A stretch of 64,000 bases of DNA from Candidatus Saliniplasma sp. (GCA_046497075.1 JAWOGF010000050.1:17772-81771); one strand, 5' to 3'. Shown: positions 11,101-20,150, counted from the first letter of the stretch. Numbers and translations are program-made. The notes: generated by a model from the letters alone, not told the origin.

Positions 11101-12230
11101 CTAATAAGGAAAAAGAACTAGAAAAAGAGAAAGAAGAGCTCAGAGAAAAAGTGAAAGATCTGCAGGAAAAAGAAGCTAAAATCTCTGAAAGAGAAGAAAT
11201 GGTGGAGGAAGAGTTAGAAAAAGTTGAAAGTGAAAGGGACGAACTATCCGAGATGTGGACTAAAATTGGAAGAAAGATGGAAGATGTCGAGGGCAGGGAA
11301 GAGAAACTAGAAAAGGAGCACTCGGACTTAGTGATAAAAAAAGATGAACTGAAAAGGAAAGAAAGAGATTTGGATGAAAGGGAGGGGGTTATCGAAGAGA
11401 AGGAAAAAGAGTTGTCTAAAAAAGAGGAGGGGCTAGAAAAAGAGATAGATGAAGTGGCTAGAGAGATGGAAAAGGCCCGATCCTGGAGTCAGACCGCCCT
11501 CGACAAAGAAGAGGAACTCAAATCATGGGAGTCTGATCTAGAAGATTGGGAAGAGAAACTAGGGGATAGAAGAGAAAAGCTCGAGGAGGAACGTGATGAA
11601 ATCGAAGAACTGCTTGATGAACTGCCAAATAGGGTAGAAGAGGTCGAAGAGAGGGAAGAAGAAGTAATAGAAAGGGAGAAAGAGTTGGATGAGGAAAAAG
11701 AAAAGTTAAAGGCCATTAAAACAGATTTATCAGAAAGGGAAGAAGAACTTGAAGAAGAAAAAGAGCACGTTCAGGAGATCAAAGAAAGTGCATTGAACAT
11801 GATGCAGTATGCAAAATCAAAGAAAGCTCGGGAAGATAAAAAACTGAGAGAAGATATCCAGCAGGAACGTGAGAAATTGGAAAGAGAGAGAAGAAAACTC
11901 GAAGAAGAATTGGCTCAGAAGGAAAAGAATTTAAAGCAAAAGGATAAGAAGCTGGAAAAGAAGAAAGAAAGATTGATGGAAAAGGCTGAAGCCTTGGAAG
12001 AAAAGGAAAAGGAAGTTGAACAGAAACAGCAGAATATAAAAGATGAGAGAGATAAACTTTCTGAGATGTGGTCGGAGATTGAAGAGGAATCGATGAAGAT
12101 GGAGGAATTCAAAGAGCGGGAAAGGGAGATCGAAGAACGTGAGAAAAAGTTAGAGGAAAAAGAAAATCAGTTAGAAAAGAAGAAAGAAAGGATCGAAAAG
12201 ATGAAAAAGCATCTAGATGATCTTCTGTGA
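8193..12230 (+). CDS. Giant (1345 aa) E/K-rich continuous coiled-coil protein
   Basis: The sequence is heptad-patterned throughout (…LEEKEKELEEK…). There is no recognisable globular, ATPase or TM domain. The ORF starts 12 bp after the previous ORF and is probably co-transcribed. Internal near-duplicate segments exist (for example 'QGLEDKEQGLEDKEQ' and 'ELQGWE…ELQGWE'). Confidence 0.8.
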   Translation: MGLREKAKKALEEEEKTSEELEKEEERVEDLEKDIKELEERRSELEDIVSGLEDEKEGLEEKKKEFENVKERIKESVERKQELEENIQKLESRYEELKSKREEFEELAEEYDEIQQKKESLEEEIDELQGTKDELSESKEEVEESKERLEGEIEELENRKDELIESEEELETVKEDVEELIQKRETLEEDIEELEKGKEELTTSKEELEEKSEKLDKRMKELEKEKERLEEDKGEIEELKKELEEKRKILEEEEKKFEERKEELDGKEKDLNEKEKRLQQKEQGLEDKEQGLEDKEQDIDERISELNEREEELKKLKKSIDGKKGALQRSKNKLEEQEEKLEERKKELEKKEKDLREELKKELLEEKKEELESLEASLEEKRDEEEQLEEKIQDYSERINEIEEREEELDEKEEELKQKDNELVERSSLLDDREQGIEEKEEKIDEAEEKLAELEDKDTKLEEWHGELEDKEETLDEKKTELTNLEKTLEDKEVKIEEKEEDLEAKEDRLSEKENELEDKSKELEERENKIDERLSKVEQREEEIEELKDSLASKEEELESREENLEEKEDELDRLEGDLEKRRQEVTDTEASLEQREEELIDWEEEIEAREEDVSEERTRLEEKDDELDQKEKELKKLENELEDREERLESLEDDLDEVQKELVDREENIRTKEKDLEEKEEELQNFEAELQGWEDNLKSKEEDLDTKESELQGWEEDLKEKEGGLDTREEAINEREVEQDELEDTLQERKEELGKKENHLIEWEAEVEEREKKLDELQKELEGKEENLDTIEDELDERTSKVEQQEKELEDREEKIDEREKTLNEKEDELDQKESEIEAERDELEEEKEGLLQLREELNKFDDTLDEKQKELEGERSEFEDKVEIKEEELRKERSSLEEKKELLAEKEEKLSDLEKDLSQREGRVSKKENTLDELKEELGEREREVKERENGLDLLQEELEDWRDELSNKEKELEKEKEELREKVKDLQEKEAKISEREEMVEEELEKVESERDELSEMWTKIGRKMEDVEGREEKLEKEHSDLVIKKDELKRKERDLDEREGVIEEKEKELSKKEEGLEKEIDEVAREMEKARSWSQTALDKEEELKSWESDLEDWEEKLGDRREKLEEERDEIEELLDELPNRVEEVEEREEEVIEREKELDEEKEKLKAIKTDLSEREEELEEEKEHVQEIKESALNMMQYAKSKKAREDKKLREDIQQEREKLERERRKLEEELAQKEKNLKQKDKKLEKKKERLMEKAEALEEKEKEVEQKQQNIKDERDKLSEMWSEIEEESMKMEEFKEREREIEEREKKLEEKENQLEKKKERIEKMKKHLDDLL

Positions 12231-12231
12231 C

Positions 12232-13221
12232 CTATTTCGCTCTTTCGATCATAAACTCTACCAGTGCCATCAAAATATCTTTATATTCACTTTCTGGTAA
12301 AAATTGTATTTCTTCTTTTGCACCGTTGGCGTATTCTTCTGCCAATCTGCTACAATATTCAATAGAATTATTTTTTTCTAACAGTTCGATAGCTTCTAAC
12401 ACAGCTTTCTGATCACTTTCACCATCTAATATTTCGATCAAGCGACGTTTATCCTCATCCCCTAGATGTTCTAAAGCATGGATCACCATCAATGTCCTCT
12501 TCCCCGCCCTGATATCACTTCCAACCGGCTTTCCTAGATCTGTTTCCTCTCCCATAAGGTCCAGATAATCATCCTGGACCTGGAAGGCGATCCCCATCTT
12601 ACGGGCATATTCGCCCATGCGTTCTATCTTCTCATCAGGAGCGCCGGCGACTATAGCACCAGACCTAGCAGCCGCCTGGAAGAGGTAACTGGTCTTTTTC
12701 TCGATCATCTCGATAAACTCTTCTTCTGTTATATCGAAGGTCTTTTCAAACCTCATATCCTCCTCTTGCCCCTCTGCCACTTTTAGGACCGCATGAGATA
12801 TCTCAAATAGGACCCGTTTTATCTTTAAGGGCTCAACATCCATATTCGAGATCAATCGGAAAGATAGGGCAAAAAGGGCATCTCCCACATTTATAGCAGT
12901 CGACAGACCTTCTTTTTTATGCAGTGTTTCTCTACCTCGTCTAAGATCGTCATCATCCATTATATCGTCATGGACTAACGTAAAATTATGGATCAATTCT
13001 ATGGAAAGTCCCGGGATCATACCATCCTCCTCATCACCACCTAAAGCACCACAAGAGACCATAGCCAGAAAAGGTCGAAGTTTTTTTCCACCAGCCTGAG
13101 GATACCATGCCATGTTTTTCCAGATTATATGCTCCCTATCCTTGAATAGAGCATCGATCTCACCGTCTACGATCTTTCTCCTCTTTTCTATCTCAGATAT
13201 TAGATCCGTCATCATCTTCAC
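12232..13221 (-). CDS. idsA: Geranylgeranyl diphosphate synthase (short-chain trans-prenyl diphosphate synthase)
   Basis: FARM 'LVHDDIMDDDDLRRGRET' and SARM 'VQDDYLDLMGEE' motifs are present. The polyprenyl synthase fold is of typical length. Confidence 0.85.
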   Translation of the reverse strand: MKMMTDLISEIEKRRKIVDGEIDALFKDREHIIWKNMAWYPQAGGKKLRPFLAMVSCGALGGDEEDGMIPGLSIELIHNFTLVHDDIMDDDDLRRGRETLHKKEGLSTAINVGDALFALSFRLISNMDVEPLKIKRVLFEISHAVLKVAEGQEEDMRFEKTFDITEEEFIEMIEKKTSYLFQAAARSGAIVAGAPDEKIERMGEYARKMGIAFQVQDDYLDLMGEETDLGKPVGSDIRAGKRTLMVIHALEHLGDEDKRRLIEILDGESDQKAVLEAIELLEKNNSIEYCSRLAEEYANGAKEEIQFLPESEYKDILMALVEFMIERAK

Positions 13222-13275
13222 ATAAAGTGGTAATCATTCGAGATATATAAGAAAAACGCTTGATCTACCCTTGAT

Positions 13276-14322
13276 CTATACAGAACTTATCCAATCCCTC
13301 AGTTCCCCAGTGACTATCATCTTCCTATCCTTCAACTCTTCGATGTTTGAACAACCCTGCAGGAACATTGAGACCTTCAGTCCGTGTATCACGTGCTTTA
13401 GATATCTAACTACTTCATCCTTACCTTTTTTAACGTGAGGTAGGACTCCTCCGGCGATGCCTGTCAACTCTGCACCAAGGGAAAGGGCTTTCGATACTTG
13501 TACCCCATTTCTTATCCCTCCAGTAGAAATTATTGGTATCTCCACCGCACTGCTGCATTCAAGGGTTGATACCGGTGTTGGTATCCCCCAATCCCAGAGT
13601 TCCTTAGCTAATGACTTTTTATGGCTATCTTCCTCTCTAAAGTACTCCACGGCGGAAAATGAGGTACCGCCCATACCGCCTACGTCTAAGGACTTAACTC
13701 CCGTATCACAAAGCTTTCGAGCAACATCGCTAGATAACCCTGCACCTGTTTCTTTAGCTATCGTCGGCACATGGTGAGATAATTCAGACAGAGCTTCCAG
13801 TAGCCCTTTTGCGTTTGTATCCCCCTCGGGCTGAACGACCTCTTGGAGATAATTAAAATGAACCGCAAGTAGATCACCATCGATCATCTCTAAAGCTTTT
13901 TTGGCGTGTTCGATCCCATAAGCTTCATCATCATCCTGTTCTATGAGCTGAGGAGCCCCGAGGTTACCAAGAACTAAAGGGGGATAGTGATCCCTTATAA
14001 CCTCATAGGACCTTCTCAATTTCTTATCTTCTAGAGCTGCCCTTTGGCTGCCAACACCGAAGGGGATACCTATTTCTTCAGCGGCTTCAGATAACCTAGC
14101 ATTTATCTTTTCAGCACCGCCGTAGCCGCCAGTTATAGCTGATATCATTATAGGAGCTGATAATCCAGTACCCAAAAAATCTACGGTTGTATCTATCTCT
14201 TCAAAATCTATTTCTGGTGCAGAGTTATGGTAAAATTTGAGCATGCCCCAGTAATCTTTATCTATCTCAACGTCCTCCTTTAAACATATGTCCATATGGT
14301 CCTCTTTTCGGGTTTCTATCAT
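13276..14322 (-). CDS. fni: Isopentenyl-diphosphate delta-isomerase type 2 (FMN-dependent)
   Basis: The TIM-barrel IDI2 signature is 'ISAITGGYGGAEKINARLSEAAEEIGIPFGVGSQRAAL'. The glycine-rich FMN site is 'GGMGGTSF'. Confidence 0.9.
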   Translation of the reverse strand: MIETRKEDHMDICLKEDVEIDKDYWGMLKFYHNSAPEIDFEEIDTTVDFLGTGLSAPIMISAITGGYGGAEKINARLSEAAEEIGIPFGVGSQRAALEDKKLRRSYEVIRDHYPPLVLGNLGAPQLIEQDDDEAYGIEHAKKALEMIDGDLLAVHFNYLQEVVQPEGDTNAKGLLEALSELSHHVPTIAKETGAGLSSDVARKLCDTGVKSLDVGGMGGTSFSAVEYFREEDSHKKSLAKELWDWGIPTPVSTLECSSAVEIPIISTGGIRNGVQVSKALSLGAELTGIAGGVLPHVKKGKDEVVRYLKHVIHGLKVSMFLQGCSNIEELKDRKMIVTGELRDWISSV

Positions 14323-15071
14323 CTTTTAACCTCTGTATAGATCGTCTCTTTTTTTAAGATCAAACGTTTCAAACGGCCTTCTTCCGTCCCATTTATAACA
14401 AATGTTGGGCAGTGCTCGGAAAGCTCCAACATCTTTTCAACCTTTCCGTTCATCCCGCCTGTGACGTCTATGGAGCCATCTACGCCCGGGATGTCTTTTT
14501 CGGTTAAAGGATACATCTTTTCCGTGAATGTCTTTACTAATTCTTTATCTTTATAGATCCCATCAACGTTGGTGACGAAGATCGCCCTATCTGCTCTTTC
14601 ACCAAGAGCCAACATCAGATCATCCCCGGAACAGATCGTTACTCCTCTCTCATCATCCAAAGCAACATCACCGAAAGTGACGGGAACGTTACCTAAATCT
14701 AGATATCTATTAAAAACATCATTATCTATATCCAATAGATCTCCGTCATCGTATCTTGTTACGACCCCACCAGGTATAGAAATAGGCCACAGTTCTTTTT
14801 TGATCATCATCTCGATTATACGGTTGTTCAATACTCTCATATCATTTTGAACTCTAGAAGTCGCTTCGCATATACTTTTAGGATCCTCACTATTTAGGCC
14901 AAATTTCTCTGCGCCTGGGTGGCCAAAACTACCACCACCATGTACGACAATTAATTCATCTGTAACAGAGGAGGCCATCTCTTGGATCAATCTTTGGGTT
15001 CTCCTGCGTTTAAAAGTATATGGTAAATTCTTATCTGAGATTACACTGCCGCCTAGTTTGATCAAAATCAA
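14319..15071 (-). CDS. ipk: Isopentenyl phosphate kinase (amino-acid-kinase fold)
   Basis: 'MILIKLGGSVISDK…VVHGGGSFGH' is present. The apparent TTG start overlaps the stop of IDI2 by 4 nt. This is the archaeal alternative mevalonate pathway. Confidence 0.85.
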   Translation of the reverse strand: MILIKLGGSVISDKNLPYTFKRRRTQRLIQEMASSVTDELIVVHGGGSFGHPGAEKFGLNSEDPKSICEATSRVQNDMRVLNNRIIEMMIKKELWPISIPGGVVTRYDDGDLLDIDNDVFNRYLDLGNVPVTFGDVALDDERGVTICSGDDLMLALGERADRAIFVTNVDGIYKDKELVKTFTEKMYPLTEKDIPGVDGSIDVTGGMNGKVEKMLELSEHCPTFVINGTEEGRLKRLILKKETIYTEVKR

Positions 15072-15074
15072 GGT

Positions 15075-15236
15075 CTATCCTTCCTTCTTCCTACTGCAGA
15101 TCGCAAACTCATCACCATCAAAAAAAACTTCCCTATCGGGATTCTCCATCTGGATTTTTTCTATCATCTCTTCTATATCTGCGAGCGTGATAGATTCATC
15201 ATGGCGGTCGATCTTTTTATGGATTTTCTTATCCAT
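15075..15236 (-). CDS. Unannotated small ORF (53 aa) immediately upstream of ipk, a possible operon leader protein
   Basis: Reverse-strand reading gives MDKKIHKKIDRHDESITLADIEEMIEKIQMENPDREVFFDGDEFAICSRKKEG*. Its stop lies 3 nt before the ipk TTG start. It is below the 60-aa cutoff of the ORF track. Confidence 0.35.
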   Translation of the reverse strand: MDKKIHKKIDRHDESITLADIEEMIEKIQMENPDREVFFDGDEFAICSRKKEG

Positions 15237-15582
15237 TCAGATTCCTCTAGCTTATTTATGTAGGAGATTTAACTACTTATATTTTTTTGGTAAAGAAAAA
15301 GAATAATTCGTATCGTTTAATGCAGTTTTTTATTCTCGTCATACGCATATATACGCATATAATACATATTCGTTAATTTGACGATAAGTATATATAATGT
15401 CATGACTGTTCTAATAATGTCGGACAAATATATGACAAAATTGGTGTTATAGTATGACAGAAGGAGAAAGTATATGGGATGCAGTCGAGAAATACAAATA
15501 TGCGGTTATGTATTACGTATATTTTGCAACATGTTTAGTCGTTGCACTCTGGCTGGCTAAACCTATTGAGATCCTAGCCTCT

Positions 15583-16539
15583 CTAATCTAGAAGTGACCT
15601 TACGGTCAGGGCGATCGATTCTGCGCTTGTATATTCAGGATTCCAGCCTAATTCTTTCAATTTATCTGTAGATAGAAGCATCACTTTTACGTCACCCTTC
15701 CAGCCTCTACCCCCATCAACACCACCGGTCCAACTGTATTCAACATCATCTAGACCCATCTCTTCACAAACTATATCTGCGATTTCTTTCACGTTGATGT
15801 AATCTTCAGAACCGATGTTGAAGTATTCGATTCTGTTTTCCATATTCCTCGTTCCGTATAACATACCACTTATACAGTCAGAGATGTAGAAATAAGATTT
15901 AGTGGTTCCTGGAGGGCTTCCCAATATCTCCAGATATCCTGGCTCCTCTTTCAATTTACGTACGAAATCATACGTCACCCCATGTGTGCTTCGTGGGCCG
16001 ACAACGTTAGCGAATCTGAAACATACCGCCTGCATATCGAACGTATGACAATAAGCCGAGATCATGGCCTCGCAGGAAAGTTTTGAGGAGGCGTAAAGTG
16101 AGATGGGTTTCAATGGGCCCATATCTTCTGGGGTGGGTATCTCATCGGTTTCACCATAAACAGTCGAGGTCGAGGTAAAAACAATTTCATCAACATCGTG
16201 CTGCCTCATAGATTCTAGAATATTGTAGGTCGCAATAACGTTCTGTTCGAGATGTACATGTGTGTCATCGGCACCGGCTCTCACATCGGGATTAGCAGCT
16301 AGATGAAATACCATATCGCATCTTTTCATCTCCTCGTCCAATCGGTTTTTATCTAAAACGTCAGCTATTACCAACTCGAAATTCTTATTTTCCTGAAGAT
16401 GTGAAACCAATTCTTTACTACCTGATGATAGATTATCATATCCTATGACTTGGTTTTCTTCAGCTAAAGCGTCACTCAGATGACTCCCGATAAAACCAGC
16501 CGCGCCTGTCAAGAGTATCTTCCTATCCTTCAATTTCAT
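15583..16539 (-). CDS. NAD-dependent epimerase/dehydratase (extended SDR; UDP-sugar 4-epimerase or UDP-glucuronate decarboxylase-like)
   Basis: The Rossmann segment is 'LLTGAAGFIGSHL' and the catalytic YxxxK is 'YASSKLSCEAM'. It is 318 aa. Confidence 0.8.
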   Translation of the reverse strand: MKLKDRKILLTGAAGFIGSHLSDALAEENQVIGYDNLSSGSKELVSHLQENKNFELVIADVLDKNRLDEEMKRCDMVFHLAANPDVRAGADDTHVHLEQNVIATYNILESMRQHDVDEIVFTSTSTVYGETDEIPTPEDMGPLKPISLYASSKLSCEAMISAYCHTFDMQAVCFRFANVVGPRSTHGVTYDFVRKLKEEPGYLEILGSPPGTTKSYFYISDCISGMLYGTRNMENRIEYFNIGSEDYINVKEIADIVCEEMGLDDVEYSWTGGVDGGRGWKGDVKVMLLSTDKLKELGWNPEYTSAESIALTVRSLLD

Positions 16540-17285
16540 CCTTTTTCACCTTCTTTTGAGACATTTCTTTTAGAATATTTCATGTGATTCTTAGAAACAT
16601 AATAAATCAAGACAAAAATAATGGCAACTATCACTATGGCGCCGATACCTTGGAAAACACTAGTTTGGAAAGCCTCGAGGATCGCGTCGCTCAAATATAT
16701 CGAAACTACTGCGATGAATGTGCATCCTATGAAAGACCCGATGATGATCGCCAACCATGTCTTAAATTTTTCTAAGCCTACCACTCTCCCAACAATAGAT
16801 GCGCCTACACCCCCACTTCCCTGGAAAGGAAAGACAACGAAAAGAGCTACGCCTATAAACGCGACTTTTGATATCCATTTTTTCTCTTTCATCTTCTGAG
16901 CACCGAACTTCTCGAACTTCTTAATCCATGTTCCGATGAGAGGTATCTTCTCAGCGATGTAAAAATTCCACAAAAGGAAGTAAGAGGTAACTATGTCTAC
17001 AAAAGCTATAGACCCGGCAACCAGTACGATCGTCGTTAAGGGTGTGAGGATACCTTTGGCATTTATTGCACCCACCGTGAGAGGGATAACACTCTCTTTT
17101 CCAGCTGGTGGAAAAAAATAACCAAACATACCTCCACTGTTGAGCCAAAATATACTTCTCTGTTGTATTATTAGATACAACAAAATGATGTATAACGATG
17201 CGATGATGAAAGGTAAAAAGAACATCACTATCTTACCGGCTAGGGTGGTAAAGAATCCATCTAGGTCCTTATCTTCTTCCATCAA
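16536..17285 (-). CDS. Polytopic membrane protein of unknown function
   Basis: It has about 6 hydrophobic helices and its start overlaps the epimerase stop by 4 nt. Confidence 0.5.
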   Translation of the reverse strand: MMEEDKDLDGFFTTLAGKIVMFFLPFIIASLYIILLYLIIQQRSIFWLNSGGMFGYFFPPAGKESVIPLTVGAINAKGILTPLTTIVLVAGSIAFVDIVTSYFLLWNFYIAEKIPLIGTWIKKFEKFGAQKMKEKKWISKVAFIGVALFVVFPFQGSGGVGASIVGRVVGLEKFKTWLAIIIGSFIGCTFIAVVSIYLSDAILEAFQTSVFQGIGAIVIVAIIFVLIYYVSKNHMKYSKRNVSKEGEKG

Positions 17286-17322
17286 TAAAGGAGTAGACCT
17301 AGATATTTAAGAACTTTGGGTT

Positions 17323-17448
17323 TTAAGACTTTGAACTTTCACCAAAAACTACCCTCTTTCCACAGAAAGGACAATCTTTCGATTCCGCTTCCGGATCTAT
17401 CTGGAATTGTGTCCCGCATTTAGGACATACCGCTACAAATTCAGTCAT
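17323..17448 (-). CDS. Unannotated 41-aa zinc-ribbon protein
   Basis: The reverse strand reads MTEFVAVCPKCGTQFQIDPEAESKDCPFCGKRVVFGESSKS*. The C-P-x-C-G…C-P-x-C-G pairing is typical of small archaeal Zn ribbons. It is below the ORF-track cutoff. Confidence 0.35.
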   Translation of the reverse strand: MTEFVAVCPKCGTQFQIDPEAESKDCPFCGKRVVFGESSKS

Positions 17449-17501
17449 ATAATTGATAAAATAAATCAATGATTAAAAGTTATCTCCGATTTTCTAACCA
17501 T

Positions 17502-18002
17502 TCAATCGAGAAGTGTTATATTCTCCCTACCAATATTTTTGATCACCTTATCCGCGATACTAGAATCGATCAGTTTTTCCAATTTGCCTTTAATAGATTT
17601 GTGGATGATAACTTTCTTGATATTCATACGCTCGAATTCTTCGGTTATCTCTTTAGATACATCTCCCCCAGTTCTCAGATAGACTCCATATGGGATATCG
17701 AACTCATCCATTATATCGATAAGATCGGAAGCGACCTCATCAGCATGCTGTTTTTTAGCCTGCTGGACTTCGGCATATATTTTTTCCTTTTTATCATGGC
17801 CTATATAAGCTTCCACTATCTCCGTTTCGGGTCTTTCTTTGATTATCTTAAGGATGGCAACTCTTTCTGGACATGATCTATTAATGATCTTTTTTATCTC
17901 CTCAAGCGATTCTTTAGAATATTTTTGCCCATAGCTAGCTATAAGAAGTGTTTCAGGTTTTTCCTTCTTTTCATCCTTCTTTTCGTCATCCATAATTACC
18001 AC
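17502..18002 (-). CDS. UspA-like / adenine-nucleotide alpha-hydrolase-like protein
   Basis: It has a K/E-rich N-terminus followed by a Usp-like core ('VAILKII…IPYGVYLRTGGDVSKEI…KVIIHKS'). The match is weak. Confidence 0.4.
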   Translation of the reverse strand: MVIMDDEKKDEKKEKPETLLIASYGQKYSKESLEEIKKIINRSCPERVAILKIIKERPETEIVEAYIGHDKKEKIYAEVQQAKKQHADEVASDLIDIMDEFDIPYGVYLRTGGDVSKEITEEFERMNIKKVIIHKSIKGKLEKLIDSSIADKVIKNIGRENITLLD

Positions 18003-18011
18003 CTATTTATA

Positions 18012-19421
18012 TCACCAATATCCTAAAAATTTCCACCAAGCTAAACCTACCGTCAGAAAAGACAATATCCCGAGGATGTTCAATAAAAATCCTGCTTTTA
18101 AAAAATCTTTAGCTTCGAGCTGTCCCGTCCCATAAACGAGCATTGCACTTGGTGTACCGATAGGTAATAAAAAAGCAAATCCGCTTGCGAGCGCTATAGT
18201 GAATACAGGAACGATGATAGGAAAACCCAAGGGTACCATAGCTGATATTCCTATAGGAAGGATTACCGCTGTGACAGCTGCGTTACTCATCGTGCTCGAT
18301 AAAAATACAGTAAGAGTAGCGAATACCGCTATCATCAACACTGGATTATCCCCTACACCAGATATTATGACCGAGGAGATACGCTCTAGTAGTCCTGTAT
18401 GAGGGAGGATAAGGGAGAGGGTTACCGCTCCTACATACAAGAATAATGTACCCCAGGGCATCCTAGATTCTACGTCCTCCCAAGTAACGATTTTAGAAGC
18501 GCCTATGGCGAAAGCCAACATCACCGCCACCACGCCCATGCCGAGTATTTGGCCTACTGTAGCCCAGGCGATGAATCCCGAAAAGAGGAAACCCGCTGCC
18601 ATGCCTTCGCCCATCTTTAGATCACCCATCTCCTTCAGTTCACCTCTGATGTTACTCCTGATGTTCGCCATATCTACATCTTCTAAATCATACAACCAGT
18701 TTAAAACCAAATAAACCACTACAATCATCACCAGGGAGACCGGTATAGAGGCAACGAACCATTCAACGAAGGATATAGATTCACCGGTATATTCTGTATA
18801 TATCTCCACCGCCAAAATGTTCCTAGCACCGCCTAAGAACGTAGCGATACTTCCTACAGAGGTACCGTATGATAGTGCTAGAAGTGTTGCTTTAGCGAAA
18901 TTTGACTCCATGATATCTTTCCTATTCGTGTAAGCGTAGATACCCAATAAGATCGGGATGAATATTGCAGCGATACCATGGGAAGGCATGAGCATGGAAA
19001 GTAATGCACCGACGGCAACGATCCCCAAAAGAAATCTTTTAGTGGACTTCCCAAAGAATTTTAGGAACGTCAATGCTACCCTTTTATGAAGATCCTGAGC
19101 TTCGAAGGCTATAGCTAAAACAAAAGCACCCATTAGAAAGAAAAGGGTACCAGAATGAAAACCATAAAATGCCTCGGAAGGGGGGATAAGACCTAAGATC
19201 ACGGATGTTGATATGATAAGGAATGTAGAGAAGATGAATGAGATAGGTGTGAGCAGCCACATATAAACTGCGAGAAAAACTATAGCTATCCCGTAATACA
19301 GTTTAGGAGCTGAGGCATATAGAGTCGAGAATAATACGATAAGGGAAAACACAGCTAAGCCAAAAGCTGTCTGGAACTTGTCGTTCCTCAGCATACCTAA
19401 TGCATTATTTCGTTCAACCAT
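18012..19421 (-). CDS. IT-superfamily anion permease (DASS/ArsB/CitMHS-like)
   Basis: 469 aa with at least 11 TM helices. Hairpin-tip motifs 'LSSTMSNAAVTAVILPIGIS' and 'ALSYGTSVGSIATFLGGARN' resemble the SNT motifs of DASS/IT transporters. Confidence 0.65.
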   Translation of the reverse strand: MVERNNALGMLRNDKFQTAFGLAVFSLIVLFSTLYASAPKLYYGIAIVFLAVYMWLLTPISFIFSTFLIISTSVILGLIPPSEAFYGFHSGTLFFLMGAFVLAIAFEAQDLHKRVALTFLKFFGKSTKRFLLGIVAVGALLSMLMPSHGIAAIFIPILLGIYAYTNRKDIMESNFAKATLLALSYGTSVGSIATFLGGARNILAVEIYTEYTGESISFVEWFVASIPVSLVMIVVVYLVLNWLYDLEDVDMANIRSNIRGELKEMGDLKMGEGMAAGFLFSGFIAWATVGQILGMGVVAVMLAFAIGASKIVTWEDVESRMPWGTLFLYVGAVTLSLILPHTGLLERISSVIISGVGDNPVLMIAVFATLTVFLSSTMSNAAVTAVILPIGISAMVPLGFPIIVPVFTIALASGFAFLLPIGTPSAMLVYGTGQLEAKDFLKAGFLLNILGILSFLTVGLAWWKFLGYW

Positions 19422-19496
19422 AGCATTGAGTTATGTATCAAAGGGTATAAATTTATTTTCCAGTGGTGTTTAGAACTGTGGAGGCATTTACAATAT

Positions 19497-20150
19497 CTAT
19501 TCCACTATCAATATAGAATGGCCTTTCTGCCATCTAGATATATCTACGCATGTAACCTTCTCATACCCCTCGTCTACAACTTTCCCTACCAAATCATCGA
19601 TGACCTTTTTAGAAGGTTTAGAAACATCTATACTCCTAGATTTGATAGCTATCATACCGTACCCACCCTCTCCGATAAAGGTCAGGTTTTTAAGAAATAT
19701 CTCAAGTTGGTTCCGTTGTGCGATATCCTGGTAGACAAAATCTACCTGTTCTACAATATCCTCATAGGTCTCTAAGTGATTAGCATCCGCCATTATCGGG
19801 AAAATGTTTTTCCTTTTTCTAGACAGTTTCAGGAGGTTGCGATACGGTTTTCTAGCCTTTTCAACAGCAAATATCCTACCATCTGTTAAAATATCTGAGA
19901 CATGCGATACCGTTGTACCGTCCCCGGCACCTAGATATAGGATCTCGTCCTCGTGGCTGAACGGTAAACCGCCTTCCTTTACTAAAAATGCTCCCAATTT
20001 ACTTCGGTTTGGATCCCAGTGCCTGTATTCAAAATCATCTATTTTCAACAAATCTTCCCCGTAAACAGGTTCGCCAGGAACAAGATTCAAGGTAAAATAT
20101 CTACATTCTATGCGGTAGGTACCGTCGGAAACGGGTACGGGTCCTTTCAT
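19497..20150 (-). CDS. flpA: Fibrillarin-like rRNA/tRNA 2'-O-methyltransferase
   Basis: The protein aligns end-to-end with archaeal fibrillarin. Matching segments are 'YRHWDPNRSKLGA', 'ILYLGAGDGTTVSHVSDI', 'IFPIMADAN', 'VDFVYQDIAQRNQLEI' and 'GGYGMIAIKSRSIDVSK'. Confidence 0.85.
   Translation of the reverse strand: MKGPVPVSDGTYRIECRYFTLNLVPGEPVYGEDLLKIDDFEYRHWDPNRSKLGAFLVKEGGLPFSHEDEILYLGAGDGTTVSHVSDILTDGRIFAVEKARKPYRNLLKLSRKRKNIFPIMADANHLETYEDIVEQVDFVYQDIAQRNQLEIFLKNLTFIGEGGYGMIAIKSRSIDVSKPSKKVIDDLVGKVVDEGYEKVTCVDISRWQKGHSILIVE

Noticed and set aside
7101-12112. Many minus-strand and alternate-frame ORFs with Ser/Phe-rich translations overlapping the coiled-coil genes (for example 7412..8134, 8534..9271, 9374..9781, 10529..10855)
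   Set aside because: They are mirror-frame artefacts of the GAA/AAG-rich coding repeats. They have no starts in sensible context and low-complexity translations.
8193-12230. Possible CRISPR-like or repeat array suggested by recurring 'GAAGAA…' periodicities
   Set aside because: The periodicity is codon-level heptad repetition inside a single long ORF. There are no spacer-repeat units of constant length and no cas genes.
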